This document shows positions 45,090 through 55,997 of a stretch of DNA of 64,000 nucleotides, one piece after another. Where the stretch lies: contig OY970314.1 in NCBI GenBank assembly GCA_963716475.1, positions 354,981-418,980 on the forward strand, read 5' to 3'. Every line of letters starts with the position of its first letter. The stretch's first letter is position 1. Both the position numbers and the translations under genes were made by a program. The notes below the pieces were generated by a model that saw only the letters and a program-made list of their open reading frames with translations, ran no database searches and was not told the DNA's origin. The DNA is from Candidatus Woesebacteria bacterium (GTDB lineage: Bacteria > Patescibacteriota > Microgenomatia > UBA8517).

Positions 45090-46914
45090 AAAACTTTCTA
45101 AAAGATATTTTCTTAAGCTTAATCAGGACAAAAATTATTATAACAATTAGAAAAGCAGAAATTGCCAAAAGGCTGTTGATAACCACCTGTGTTTTATTTG
45201 TCGTAATTCTCACAGAACTAACTCCCGCCTTAACCTCAACTACATCAGGAGACCCCTTTCCCAGAATACTAAAGGGTACTGTGACATTCATCTTATAAAT
45301 TGAAAAAGGAGGAACGAGTTCAAGAAAATTGCGGCTTACCTCCTTATTGTCAAAATAGACCGTCGGATATACGGAATACAATGCTTGTGGACCCGGATTT
45401 TCAATTTTTACGGAATATATGGAACTAAGAAAAGGCAATGTCCTCACTGGCGAGAAAGAAATATTTAAACTAGTAGCGCTAATATCCGGAAGTTTCCCAA
45501 AAGAAACATAAACGTCTTTTTGCGGATTTGATCCCAGTTTATACGAACCGGGAGGATATGGCATCACTGAACTTTCTCCGTGGATAACAAAAGTAAAATG
45601 CCTGAGATCAAGTTTGTCAAAATAATCAACACCTCCGCTTGTGGAAGCCCAAGTCGGATCAATAGGAATCCATACGCCTTTATCTTTATCGTAATACTCA
45701 GGCCAGGCATGCAACACATCGGCAACCAGGCTTAAAGGTTGAAGTTCAGGATTTTCGGTATAGGCATAGCCGTTAATTTCCCGGGCGGGGATTCCTGCCG
45801 CGCGTGCAATAGCGATAAAAAGGTCCGTAAACTCCATACAAATAGCCTGCGTAGGATTTTGTAAAGCGGAAACTGCACCCATTCTTTGGACATTAGGTTG
45901 TACACGGTTAAAATCGTATGTCAGAGTTTTTGAAACGTAATCGTAAATTGCCTTCGGGGTCTTGAGTTCGGTAGCCAAAGCTTTTATTCGGGGGTCGTTT
46001 ACCTGCCAGTATTCGGTTTCACGCAGGTTATCGCTTAACTCCATATCGGTAGGTTTGGGGAACGTTCTAAAACCTGCAAAAATCTGCACAGAACCGGAAG
46101 CGTTAACATCAACCCTTTGCCGTGCTGTAAGAATATACGAGGCAAGCCAATTTCCGTCTGCATCAACTGTTACATTATCAGGTTTGGGATCGAGTTTTTG
46201 TAAATACACCTTCTGAAATGATGTGTCCGGGGGCAGGGCAATCTGAGTTTCGGCGTTTTTTGCAAGAGGATTTTCAAGATGATAAGAAAGGTTGAAAGCA
46301 AATACTTGAAATTGTCCAAACCCAGCTGAAATTCCGGATTGGATAACCTCATTCATATTAAACGTGTAGACATATCCTTTATCGTTTGCTTGGCTGCTTT
46401 CAGGATTCGGAGAAATATAGGCCTCAAGTCCAAAGCTGGGCGGTACTTTGAGTACGACACGGTAGCTTCTGAAGGAAGTGTCTTCTCCAAGACGGGGAAT
46501 TGATACTTCCCAAATCTCACCTGTTCTGACGGCAAAACTATTATTCTCGTACGAAATCGCAAAATGTCTTTTGGTTCCCTTGCCGACAACTGCGTCGGGA
46601 AAATTAACTTTTATTTTTGTAGCCGTGCCGTCCTTTTGAACATCAAACGGAATGGAGTTGCCGTTTGCGTCCGTTGCCGCTATATTTTGTGTGTCAATGT
46701 TATCAAGACCCAAGCTGTAGTTTGTGGCATAGAGATTCGATAAATTATTCTCAAGCGTAATGTTGTGGGTAACAATAGTCTTTCCCGAATCCTGGACATC
46801 ATATGTAACAGTAGCGTCAACGGCAAATTCGTTTTGCGCCTTAATTACGGCGGGAATCAGCAACAAAAACAAAGCGGTTATTATAAAGAATACAAAAGTA
46901 CGCAAAGACTTCAT
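45010..46914 (-). CDS. secreted transglutaminase-like domain protein
   Basis: Signal peptide. QAICMEFTDLFIAIARAAGIPAR...HAWPEYY...D gives a Cys-His-Asp core. Confidence 0.6.
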   Translation of the reverse strand: MKSLRTFVFFIITALFLLLIPAVIKAQNEFAVDATVTYDVQDSGKTIVTHNITLENNLSNLYATNYSLGLDNIDTQNIAATDANGNSIPFDVQKDGTATKIKVNFPDAVVGKGTKRHFAISYENNSFAVRTGEIWEVSIPRLGEDTSFRSYRVVLKVPPSFGLEAYISPNPESSQANDKGYVYTFNMNEVIQSGISAGFGQFQVFAFNLSYHLENPLAKNAETQIALPPDTSFQKVYLQKLDPKPDNVTVDADGNWLASYILTARQRVDVNASGSVQIFAGFRTFPKPTDMELSDNLRETEYWQVNDPRIKALATELKTPKAIYDYVSKTLTYDFNRVQPNVQRMGAVSALQNPTQAICMEFTDLFIAIARAAGIPAREINGYAYTENPELQPLSLVADVLHAWPEYYDKDKGVWIPIDPTWASTSGGVDYFDKLDLRHFTFVIHGESSVMPYPPGSYKLGSNPQKDVYVSFGKLPDISATSLNISFSPVRTLPFLSSIYSVKIENPGPQALYSVYPTVYFDNKEVSRNFLELVPPFSIYKMNVTVPFSILGKGSPDVVEVKAGVSSVRITTNKTQVVINSLLAISAFLIVIIIFVLIKLKKISFRKFFATIATVGRKVYERFNGKTAENKNSP

Positions 46915-46961
46915 TCCTTTAAGTATAAAGCATATTAACCGTAATGACTTACAAAAATAAT

Positions 46962-49874
46962 TTATTTAAGATATTCCCCTGTATAAGAAGATCTGTTTCT
47001 TGCGACATCAGCCGGCCTTCCCACAGCCACAACTCTCCCGCCGGCATCTCCACCTTCAGGTCCCAAATCTATAATGTAATCGCAATTTTTAATAACATCT
47101 AAATTGTGTTCAATTACAAAAACTGAGTTACCTTTTTGAACGAGTAGTTTTAATACCCGCATCAGACGCTCAACATCGGCAAAATGAAGTCCTGTTGTAG
47201 GTTCATCCAAAATATAGATTGTTCTTCCTGTAGAACGCCTTGAAAGTTCCGTTGCCAATTTTACCCTTTGCGCCTCACCACCCGAAAGAGTTGTTGCTGG
47301 TTGTCCAAGTTCGATATAGCCAAGTCCGACTAACGAAAGTGTTTCCAGTTTACTTTCAATTTGCGGGTGAGCATGAAAAAATTCCAGTCCTTCATCAACC
47401 GTCATCGCCAGTACTTCTGCAATATTTTTACCGCGGTAAGTAATTTCCAAAGTCTGAGAGTTATATCTTTTTCCGTGGCAAACGTCACAAGTCACCCAAA
47501 TATCACTCATAAACTGCATTTCAATCTTAATTTGCCCCTGTCCCTCGCAGGCCTCGCATCTCCCGCCTCTGACATTGAAAGAAAACCTGCCCTTTTTATA
47601 TCCGGCGGTTTTGGCATCGTGAGTCAAAGTAAAAACATCGCGGATGGGATCAAAAAGCCCCGTATATGTAGCAGGGTTACTTCTCGGGGTCCTTCCTATC
47701 GGACTTTGATCTATTAGAATTGCCTTATCTATGTTTTCCAGTCCTTCGATTTTCTTATATCCTCCGGGTTCACCCCTGTAATTCGGATTCAATTCTTTTT
47801 GAAGAGCAGGGTACAAGGTTTCTACCAGAAGAGTGGACTTTCCCGAGCCGGAAACACCCGTAATAGCAATCAATTTACCTAAAGGGAAAGAAACATTAAT
47901 ATTTTTCAGGTTGTACATATCCGCCCCGAATATTTTCAGATCTTCACTTTTGATCGGAAGCTGACTTTGTGAGTTTCCGGGTAATTGTATAACCTTCTTA
48001 CCTGATAAATATTTACCTGTGATCGACTTTGGATTTTTTTCTATTTCTTTCGGCGTTCCGGTTGCCACCACTTCCCCGCCGTGCTTCCCCGCACCGGGAC
48101 CAAAGTCCCCAATCCAGTCGCTTTGGCGCATCATTGTCGCATCATGCTCCACAACGACAACGGTATTACCCAAATCTCTGAGGTTTTTAAGAGTGTCAAT
48201 AAGTTTCTGGTCGTCTCTCGGATGAAGTCCTATTGTCGGTTCATCAAGAACATACAAAACCCCTGTTAATCCCGATCCGATTTGTGACGCCAGTCTGATT
48301 CTTTGTGCTTCCCCCCCTGAAAGAGAACCTGCGACACGGTTTAGAGTAAGGTATTCCAACCCAACCGAAATCAAAAACCTGAGTCGTCCCAAAGTTTCTT
48401 TTATTACAAGCCTGCCGATCTCTTTTTCTCTGTCATTTGATATTTTCTGCAAAGTTTCTATCCAATCTATACATTTATTTATCGAGAATTCGGTAACTTG
48501 TGAAATAGATAAGCCTCCGATTGTTATTGAAAGTGCTTCTTTTTTAAGCCTTGTTCCGGCACACTCCGGACAAATTTTTTCTCTCATGTATTTCCTGATT
48601 TCTTCCTTAACCCAGTCACTTTCACTTTCTAAGTATCTTCTTTCAAGCTCCGCGGTAAAACCTATAAACTTTTCCCAGATATAAGTTTCGCGGCCGAACC
48701 TGTTTGTCCCGTAAACGTGATATTGTCTGTCTCCGGTTCCTTTTAAAAGAATGTTAATTTTCTCAGCCGTTAATTCACCAATTGGTAGATGCATATCAAT
48801 CTTTTGTTCTTCACACATTTGTTTGATTAACCGTCCGTACCAGGTTTCGTGTTCAAACATGTTGGAAAACGGCAAAATACCGCCTTCCATAATTGTTAGT
48901 TCAGGAGAGAATACTAAATTAGGATCAACCTTAAGAATTTTTCCTAAACCCGTACACGTCGGGCATGCACCTTGCGGTGAATTAAATGAAAAGGATCTGG
49001 GTTCAATTTCGGGGAGACTAATGTTGTCAACAGGGCAAGCAAATCGCTCAGAAAACAGGTGATCCTCAAATTTTTTTGGTGAAACCGGCATAGAAAACTC
49101 TTTATCGAGAACATTAGCCAATTTAACCATACCTTCTGATAAATTAAGAGCTTGTTGTATGGAATCGGCCAATCGATTTTTAAGTTCTGCTCTTGACGAC
49201 TGCCCCTTCAAACTATTTATTGACAGGGCAATTCGGTCGATAACGGCTTCAATGGTATGCTTATTCGTTTTTATCAAAACCAAATCTTCCGACAGATCGT
49301 GCATGTAGCCGTCAATACGAACTTGTCTATATCCTTTTGATTTCAAATTTTCAAAAAGTTGGGAAAATTCACCCTTCCTGGCCTCGACCATGGGCGAAAG
49401 AAGTATAAACCAGGCTTTCCTGTCAGTTTTAGCGGTTTTTTCAATCAAATCGAGTGCCTGTTCAACAATCTGGTCCAGTGTCTGGTGAGAAATTTCCCGT
49501 CCGCAAATAGGACAATGGGGATGACCGATCCTGGCAAAAAGAAGCCGCAAATAATCGTAAATTTCCGTAACCGTTCCGACCGTACTTCGGGGGTTATGGG
49601 AAGTTGTCTTCTGATCAATAGAAATTGCCGGTGAAAGTCCCTCAATCGAATCAACATCAGGCTTTTCCATAATTCCCAGGAATTGACGGGCATAAGATGA
49701 AAGTGACTCAACGTAGCGTCTTTGACCTTCTGCATATAAAGTATCAAAAGCCAAAGAACTTTTTCCTGACCCGGATACTCCCGTTAGGACAACCAATTTA
49801 TTCTTAGGAATATCGAGATCTACATTTTTTAAATTATGCTGTTTGGCACCACGAATTTTAATAAAGTTATCCAT
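46962..49874 (-). CDS. uvrA: excinuclease ABC subunit A
   Basis: NLKNVDLDIPKNKLVVLTGVSGSGKSSLAFDT, two ABC ATPase modules and zinc-finger Cys clusters. 970 aa. Confidence 0.95.
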   Translation of the reverse strand: MDNFIKIRGAKQHNLKNVDLDIPKNKLVVLTGVSGSGKSSLAFDTLYAEGQRRYVESLSSYARQFLGIMEKPDVDSIEGLSPAISIDQKTTSHNPRSTVGTVTEIYDYLRLLFARIGHPHCPICGREISHQTLDQIVEQALDLIEKTAKTDRKAWFILLSPMVEARKGEFSQLFENLKSKGYRQVRIDGYMHDLSEDLVLIKTNKHTIEAVIDRIALSINSLKGQSSRAELKNRLADSIQQALNLSEGMVKLANVLDKEFSMPVSPKKFEDHLFSERFACPVDNISLPEIEPRSFSFNSPQGACPTCTGLGKILKVDPNLVFSPELTIMEGGILPFSNMFEHETWYGRLIKQMCEEQKIDMHLPIGELTAEKINILLKGTGDRQYHVYGTNRFGRETYIWEKFIGFTAELERRYLESESDWVKEEIRKYMREKICPECAGTRLKKEALSITIGGLSISQVTEFSINKCIDWIETLQKISNDREKEIGRLVIKETLGRLRFLISVGLEYLTLNRVAGSLSGGEAQRIRLASQIGSGLTGVLYVLDEPTIGLHPRDDQKLIDTLKNLRDLGNTVVVVEHDATMMRQSDWIGDFGPGAGKHGGEVVATGTPKEIEKNPKSITGKYLSGKKVIQLPGNSQSQLPIKSEDLKIFGADMYNLKNINVSFPLGKLIAITGVSGSGKSTLLVETLYPALQKELNPNYRGEPGGYKKIEGLENIDKAILIDQSPIGRTPRSNPATYTGLFDPIRDVFTLTHDAKTAGYKKGRFSFNVRGGRCEACEGQGQIKIEMQFMSDIWVTCDVCHGKRYNSQTLEITYRGKNIAEVLAMTVDEGLEFFHAHPQIESKLETLSLVGLGYIELGQPATTLSGGEAQRVKLATELSRRSTGRTIYILDEPTTGLHFADVERLMRVLKLLVQKGNSVFVIEHNLDVIKNCDYIIDLGPEGGDAGGRVVAVGRPADVARNRSSYTGEYLK

Positions 49875-49935
49875 ACAATATACCCGCCGGTTCTATCCGG
49901 TGGACGAGAAAGTATAGCACGTCTATCCAGAAGAT

Positions 49936-50187
49936 CTAAGCGTGACGCTCGCGGCAATTGCCTTCTAAATAAGCTCCATCAAAGTCCCCATCTATATTAA
50001 GTCTTGCTATCTCTGACTTTGCGACTCTATTGATCCCCGCGCCAATGTGATCATTATCACCCCAAATTCTTAAGCTTAGACAATCTTTAGAATCACATGG
50101 AATTTCGATTCGGTTTCTTGATGTTCCTTCCACAACAAAGGCTACCAGCATTTTTTCGCAAGGTCTTGACTGCTTATCCTGATCCAT
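49936..50187 (-). CDS. hypothetical small Cys-containing protein between uvrA and uvrB
   Basis: 83-aa ORF with no family. Confidence 0.25.
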   Translation of the reverse strand: MDQDKQSRPCEKMLVAFVVEGTSRNRIEIPCDSKDCLSLRIWGDNDHIGAGINRVAKSEIARLNIDGDFDGAYLEGNCRERHA

Positions 50188-50229
50188 GAGCTCTTGTATT
50201 ATAAATAGAAGAGGTTGTAAGTCAATTGA

Positions 50230-52260
50230 TTATTTCCGGAGAGCGATATCCCGAACTTTATCCCTGATTTCTGCAGCCAATTCAAAATTCAAGTCTTGTG
50301 CAGCAAGGCGCATTTCAGTAGTTAAATTTTTAATTAAACGCTTTTTCTCCATAGGAGTCATGGAATCAACTTCCAAATGGGGAAGGCTATCGTAAACCGG
50401 TTCTTTGGATCCGAAGACCCAGGGAGCTTTCTCTCCCTCTTCACGATCAATCAACTTCTCACGTATAGGTTTTTCCACACTGACGGGTGTGATATTGTGT
50501 TTTTTATTGTAGGCTAGCTGATACTTACGGCGTCTTTTGACCTCGCTTAAAGCTCTTTCCATAGAACCGGTTATATGATCGGCATACATAATTACACGTC
50601 CCTCAACGTGTCTGGCAGCCCTACCCATCGTCTGAATAAGTGTCACGTCGCTACGCAAAAAACCCTCTTTATCTGCATCCAGGATGGCCACAAGACTCAC
50701 CTCGGGCAGATCTAATCCTTCCCTTAGCAAATTTATTCCAACAAGCACGTCATACCTCCCGTTTCTGAGGTCATCAAGAATATCGGTTCTATCAAGTGTT
50801 GCTACATCGGAATGCAAATACTGGACTTTCAGACCTTGTTCATTCAAATAAGTTGTCAGATCCTCGGCGGTTCTTTTAGTCAAAGTTGTAACCAAGGTTC
50901 TTTGCTTTTTGGCTACGGTTTTTTTGATTTCTTCAATAATGTCAGCTATTTGATTTTTAACGGGGCGGATGTCAACTAAAGGATCGGGAATTCCCGTCGG
51001 ACGTACAAGCAACTCGACTACATGTTTTTTTGACATTGAAACTTCCCATTCGCTTGGAGTCGCCGAGCTAGCAATAAAATTCGGAATACGGCGCATAAAC
51101 TCTTCAAATCTAAGGGGCCGGTTATCAAGAGCTGAGGGCAAACGGAATCCGTAATCAATTAATGTTTGCTTTCTGGCCAAATCCCCGTTAAACATTCCAC
51201 GGATTTGAGGAAATGTCATGTGGCTTTCGTCCACCAGTAACAACCATTTGTCTTTATAAGGTTCATTAAAATAATCCAAAAGTGAAAAAGGGGCATCCCC
51301 GGGCCTTCTGCCGTCAAAGTACCTCGAGTAATTCTCAATCCCTTTAACGTATCCGACTTCCTTAATCATCTCCAGGTCATATGTAACTTTTTGGGCAATC
51401 CGGTGAGCTTCCAAAATCTTTCCCTCTTTTTTGAGTTGGGCAACGCGGACTTCCAAATCTTTGCGTATCGCGTCGAAGGCGTCCGTATGCGCGGTGGGGT
51501 CGGTCATAAAATGTTTGGCCGGGTATAAAACAAAATTGGACGGATCAAACCCTTCCTTCTTTTCAACCTTATCGCCTGTAAGCGGATTGATTAATTCAAC
51601 TTTTTCGATTTTCTCATCTCCAAACTCTATATGAACCCCCTCATCAAGATAAGCAGGGTAAACATCAATGGCATTTCCACGAACCCTGAAAGTTCCGCGG
51701 TTAAATCCGAAATCGCTCCTTTCGTATTGAAGATCCACCATCCTATCGATTATCTGTTCACGGTTTATTTTCATCCCCTCCGTAAACTCAAGAACAAAAT
51801 GGCCGTATTCACGGGGCGAACCGATGTTGTAGATGCATGAAACAGAAGCAACAACTATTGTGTCGGCCCGGGTCAAAAGATTCGTGGTAGCAGCCAGACG
51901 CAATTTATCAATAGTTTCATTAATATCCGCATCCTTTTCTATATAGGTATCAGTTGAGGGAATATAAGCTTCCGGCTGATAAAAATCGTAATAGGAAACG
52001 AAATAACTGACTGCATTCTCCGGAAAGAAATCCCTTAGCTCCTGATAAAGTTGGGCTGCCAGAGTTTTATTGTGAGAAATAATAAGTGTCGGGCGCTGAA
52101 CCTTTTCTATAACTCCGGCCATGGCAAAAGTTTTACCCGATCCCGTTACACCGAGAAGAGTTTGATATTTCTCTCCACTCAAAATTCTCTCCGACAAAGC
52201 CGATACCGCTTTTTCCTGGTCGGGTATAGCTTTAAATTTTGATGCAAGTTTAAATTTCAT
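50230..52260 (-). CDS. uvrB: excinuclease ABC subunit B
   Basis: GVTGSGKTF Walker A, helicase motifs, and C-terminal UVR motif LAAQDLNFELAAEIRD. Confidence 0.95.
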   Translation of the reverse strand: MKFKLASKFKAIPDQEKAVSALSERILSGEKYQTLLGVTGSGKTFAMAGVIEKVQRPTLIISHNKTLAAQLYQELRDFFPENAVSYFVSYYDFYQPEAYIPSTDTYIEKDADINETIDKLRLAATTNLLTRADTIVVASVSCIYNIGSPREYGHFVLEFTEGMKINREQIIDRMVDLQYERSDFGFNRGTFRVRGNAIDVYPAYLDEGVHIEFGDEKIEKVELINPLTGDKVEKKEGFDPSNFVLYPAKHFMTDPTAHTDAFDAIRKDLEVRVAQLKKEGKILEAHRIAQKVTYDLEMIKEVGYVKGIENYSRYFDGRRPGDAPFSLLDYFNEPYKDKWLLLVDESHMTFPQIRGMFNGDLARKQTLIDYGFRLPSALDNRPLRFEEFMRRIPNFIASSATPSEWEVSMSKKHVVELLVRPTGIPDPLVDIRPVKNQIADIIEEIKKTVAKKQRTLVTTLTKRTAEDLTTYLNEQGLKVQYLHSDVATLDRTDILDDLRNGRYDVLVGINLLREGLDLPEVSLVAILDADKEGFLRSDVTLIQTMGRAARHVEGRVIMYADHITGSMERALSEVKRRRKYQLAYNKKHNITPVSVEKPIREKLIDREEGEKAPWVFGSKEPVYDSLPHLEVDSMTPMEKKRLIKNLTTEMRLAAQDLNFELAAEIRDKVRDIALRK

Positions 52261-52363
52261 AAATCTATTTTATCATTATATGTAAGTTAATTTCGTAATA
52301 TGTTTGGTTTTGATATGAAAAGTTCCAGTTGACGAGTTCGGGTAATATTCGTATATTGTTTGT

Positions 52364-52987
52364 ATGCCGATAATCATTTACAAAAGACAAAAACAAATAC
52401 TCGGATTCATCAAGCAATATATCCAGTCAAACGGAACAGCTCCTACATTAAAGCAAATTGCAGAGTCTATCGGTGTATCTTCCCTGGCCACCGTTCACGA
52501 GCATCTTCAGGCTTTAGAGGCAAAAGGTCTTATTACCCGGAAATCCGGAAAAATGCGGTCAATTGATTTGGCACCGGGTGATATTAACCTTGGCCAACCC
52601 GAAGGTTTTGATGCCCCGATTTTAGGCTTTATTGCAGCCGGTGCCCCCATCGAACCATATACAGATCCTAATGCAACCATGAATATACCGGCTGCTTTTG
52701 TCAGCGGTAAGAAAAGAACCTACGTTTTACAAGTCCGGGGTGAGAGCATGATTGAAGACGGAATAATGGATGGGGATCATGTAATTATTGAGCAGGCTGA
52801 AGCAGCTACAAATGGTGAGATTGTGGTTGCACTTTTGGATAACGGAATGGCAACTCTTAAAAGATTTTTCAGGGAAACCACAAGAATCAGGCTTGAACCT
52901 GCTAATGCCAAAATGCAACCCATATTTGTCAAAAACGTGAGAATCCAAGGAAAAGTGGTCGGCTTAGTCAGAAGATACACTAACTAA
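52364..52987 (+). CDS. lexA: LexA repressor (S24 peptidase)
   Basis: N-terminal winged HTH, an AG cleavage site (IAAGAPI), Ser in GESM and Lys in TLKRF. Confidence 0.85.
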   Translation: MPIIIYKRQKQILGFIKQYIQSNGTAPTLKQIAESIGVSSLATVHEHLQALEAKGLITRKSGKMRSIDLAPGDINLGQPEGFDAPILGFIAAGAPIEPYTDPNATMNIPAAFVSGKKRTYVLQVRGESMIEDGIMDGDHVIIEQAEAATNGEIVVALLDNGMATLKRFFRETTRIRLEPANAKMQPIFVKNVRIQGKVVGLVRRYTN

Positions 52988-54648
52988 TCGAACTTAGAAT
53001 CAAGCAAATTATGGCCTGTCATGCTTGATGGAATTTCAATATTCAGCAACTTCAGGATTGTGGGTGCGACATCAGCTAAAATACCGGCAGTTAGAATGAT
53101 AGGCTTACCTACTAATTTCTGTGAAATTACAATAAAGGGAACAGGGTTCCTACTATGCTCGGTGTCAATCGCACCGGTTTCATTATTAATCATCTCTTCA
53201 CAATTGCCATGATCGGCAGTAATAATCATATTGCCGCCGTATGCCAAAATCCAATCACTGAGCTTTCCTAAACATTCATCTACCACCTCACAGGCTTTTA
53301 CGGCAGCGCCTATATTCCCCGTATGCCCGACCATGTCTGGGTTGGCAAAATTTACAAGAACAAATTTATAACCGGGAGTTTCTTTCAATTTCGTTAAAAC
53401 CCCTTCAGTTACTTCCTGAGCACTCATTTCGGGTTTAAGATCGTATGTTGCAACTTTAGGGGATGGAATTATTAAGCGTTCTTCACCATCAAACGCCACC
53501 TCCTGCTGACCGTTAAAATAAAAAGTTACAAATCTTTCCTTCTCACTTTCGGAAACTCTTAATTGTTTATATCCGGCTTCAGAAACAACCCTGCCTAAAG
53601 GTAATTTCACTACCTCAGGGGGAAAGGCAACTTTAGCCTCCGCTTCGACAATCGCTTTTTCATATTCAGTCATGGTCGCAAAATAAAGGTTATTAAGTCT
53701 TGGACCACGAATAAAAGGTTCCTTGATGTCTACAACGGGTTGTGCCAGGTGAGTTCTTTGATATTTAATTAGATATGGATCAAATCCGACAGGAAGATTT
53801 GCTTTTGAGAAGTCCTCAAAACAAAAGGCCCGAGAAAGTTGTCTGGGTCTATCGATCCTGAAATTAAAAAAGATAACGGAATCGTTGTCCTTTATTGTAA
53901 TTAACGGCTTCCCGTCTACCCCTGTGATTACGCAGGGCTCGATAAATTCGTCAGTTTTACCCTCGGCATACGAGGTATCAATTCCTTCCTCAACTGTTTT
54001 AACCAACTGTCCTTCTCCTTTGGTTAATGCAAAATATGCTTTGGCAGTCCGTTCCCATCTCATATCTCTATCCATGGCCCAATACCTGCCCATTATGGTT
54101 GCGATTTTACCGATATTCTGTCTTGTCAAAACCACACGAAGCTGATTAATGTAACCTTTGGCGGCAGTGGGCGGGGAATCCCTTCCATCCGTAAAAAGAT
54201 GCAGGAAAACCCTGTCGAAATTGTTGCGTTTGCAAAGGTCTATCAAAGCAAAAAGATGTTCTATATTACTGTGAACCCCGCCGGCGCCAATCAATCCCAT
54301 TAAATGAAGATTGCTGTTATTCGTTTTTGCATGTGCAATGGCTCCTATTAAAACCTGGTTTTGATAAAAACTTCCGTCGGCTATACTCATGTTTATTCTT
54401 TGTAAATCCTGATAAACAATTCTGCCTGCGCCAAGATTGAGATGTCCAGTTTCGGTGTTACCGACTTCACCTCTGGGAAGACCCACCGATTCACCTGACG
54501 CCTGTAATTGAGTATGCGGATACGAAGCGGTGAATTTATTCATGTTGGGCGTTTCGGAGCGGGAAATTGCATTTCCCGGACCCGGGGCCGCAATTCCCCA
54601 TCCGTCCAAGACTACAAGAATAACAAAATTTGAAGAATTCTCATCCAT
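52984..54648 (-). CDS. gpmI: 2,3-bisphosphoglycerate-independent phosphoglycerate mutase
   Basis: VLDGWG and TDGRDSPP motifs with a C-terminal phosphatase domain. 554 aa. Confidence 0.85.
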   Translation of the reverse strand: MDENSSNFVILVVLDGWGIAAPGPGNAISRSETPNMNKFTASYPHTQLQASGESVGLPRGEVGNTETGHLNLGAGRIVYQDLQRINMSIADGSFYQNQVLIGAIAHAKTNNSNLHLMGLIGAGGVHSNIEHLFALIDLCKRNNFDRVFLHLFTDGRDSPPTAAKGYINQLRVVLTRQNIGKIATIMGRYWAMDRDMRWERTAKAYFALTKGEGQLVKTVEEGIDTSYAEGKTDEFIEPCVITGVDGKPLITIKDNDSVIFFNFRIDRPRQLSRAFCFEDFSKANLPVGFDPYLIKYQRTHLAQPVVDIKEPFIRGPRLNNLYFATMTEYEKAIVEAEAKVAFPPEVVKLPLGRVVSEAGYKQLRVSESEKERFVTFYFNGQQEVAFDGEERLIIPSPKVATYDLKPEMSAQEVTEGVLTKLKETPGYKFVLVNFANPDMVGHTGNIGAAVKACEVVDECLGKLSDWILAYGGNMIITADHGNCEEMINNETGAIDTEHSRNPVPFIVISQKLVGKPIILTAGILADVAPTILKLLNIEIPSSMTGHNLLDSKFD

Positions 54649-55918
54649 TTTGTTTCATTTGGACAAGCTCTATTTCAATTGCAGAAAGGCGGTTGTATTT
54701 GGCTACGCGCTCTCCTCTTGCAGGCGCCCCTGATTTTATATAATCAGCCGCAACCCCCACTGCAAAATCGGCAATAAAGCTATCATTTGTTTCTCCGGAT
54801 CTATGAGAAACTACAACTTTCCAGCCAGCATCTTTTGTAGCTTTAACAACACTTAACGTTTCCGATACCGTACCGATTTGGTTGGGTTTTATTATTGCGG
54901 CGTTACAGGCTTTCTCCTGAATTGCTTTTTGTACACGCTTAAGATTGGTTGCAAGTAAATCATCGCCTACAATTATCAATTCACTGGAAAGTTCCGAGGT
55001 AAGTTTCTTCCAGCTGTCCCATCCGTCTTCGTAAAAAGCATCCTCGATAATTGCCAACTTATACTGATCAAACAACGATTTGTAATACTCAAGAAATTGG
55101 GTATCATCCATCCCGCTGGTTTTATCTTTAATTGTATATTCACCGTCTTTATAAAAAGAATTTGAGGCGACATCAAGCCCGAGAAAAACGTCTCTCCCAA
55201 GCGAGTAGCGTGTTTCCTTAATTGATTCAATAAAAACCTCAAATGCGTCGGTATTTGTAAAAAGGTTGGGCGCATATCCACCTTCCTGTCCGACGGAATG
55301 GATCGCTCCTCTATGGGACAGGTTGTTACCGATTGTTTGGTAAATCTCCACACCCATTTGAAGACCGTCAATAAAACTCTTATTGCTTGCCGGCACAACC
55401 CAAAATTCCTGAAAGTCAAGATTGCCGGCACCGTGTTTGCCTCCGTTTATCATATTGAACAAAGGGGTGGGCATTTTCACTTTTTGAGTAACACCCGCTT
55501 TAGAAGCCAAACCGTAAATCCAGGCATAAAGCGGCTGACCGGAAGCGGCTGCACCGCATTTTGTAACAACCTCCGAGACAGAAAGAATAGCATTAGCACC
55601 ATATTTCGATTTATTTTCAGTACCGTCCAAATCGATAAGTTTTTTGTCAATTCCAAACTGATCAATCGGATCCATATCAACTATTGCCGGTCCTAAAACC
55701 GAATTGACATTATCAACCGCCTGCAAAACACCAAGGCCTAAATATCGGGGGTTATTTGCATCTCTAAGTTCCAATGCTTCATGTGTACCGGTTGAAGTTC
55801 CGGCAGGAACCGATGACACACCAACTTGTCCATTGTCCAACATGCAAGCCGTTTCCACGGTTGGAATACCCCGCGAATCCAAAATTTCTCTCGCCCAAAC
55901 ATGTTTTATCTTGCTCAT
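54641..55918 (-). CDS. eno: enolase
   Basis: MSKIKHVWAREILDSRG N-terminus and SHRSGETEDSFIADFAV-like block. 425 aa. Confidence 0.9.
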   Translation of the reverse strand: MSKIKHVWAREILDSRGIPTVETACMLDNGQVGVSSVPAGTSTGTHEALELRDANNPRYLGLGVLQAVDNVNSVLGPAIVDMDPIDQFGIDKKLIDLDGTENKSKYGANAILSVSEVVTKCGAAASGQPLYAWIYGLASKAGVTQKVKMPTPLFNMINGGKHGAGNLDFQEFWVVPASNKSFIDGLQMGVEIYQTIGNNLSHRGAIHSVGQEGGYAPNLFTNTDAFEVFIESIKETRYSLGRDVFLGLDVASNSFYKDGEYTIKDKTSGMDDTQFLEYYKSLFDQYKLAIIEDAFYEDGWDSWKKLTSELSSELIIVGDDLLATNLKRVQKAIQEKACNAAIIKPNQIGTVSETLSVVKATKDAGWKVVVSHRSGETNDSFIADFAVGVAADYIKSGAPARGERVAKYNRLSAIEIELVQMKQNG

Positions 55919-55921
55919 ATT

Positions 55922-55997
55922 TAAATTCTACAATAACTCACGACAAGCTTCGCTTACCAGGGCCCTAACTGGCCATGCTTCGCTTATCTTGCTCATA
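55922..55997 (-). repeat. composite intergenic repeat (copy D), inserted between ppsA stop and eno start
   Basis: 55941..55993 is about 85% identical to 12461..12514. Flanked by a 16-nt direct repeat TTATCTTGCTCATATT (55906..55921 and 55985..56000). Confidence 0.6.

Noticed and set aside
52261-52363. Candidate LexA box in the uvrB-lexA divergent region (ATATTCGTATAT-like segments)
   Set aside because: No true inverted repeat could be verified by eye, and the operator consensus for this lineage is unknown. Left as a target for motif discovery rather than annotated.
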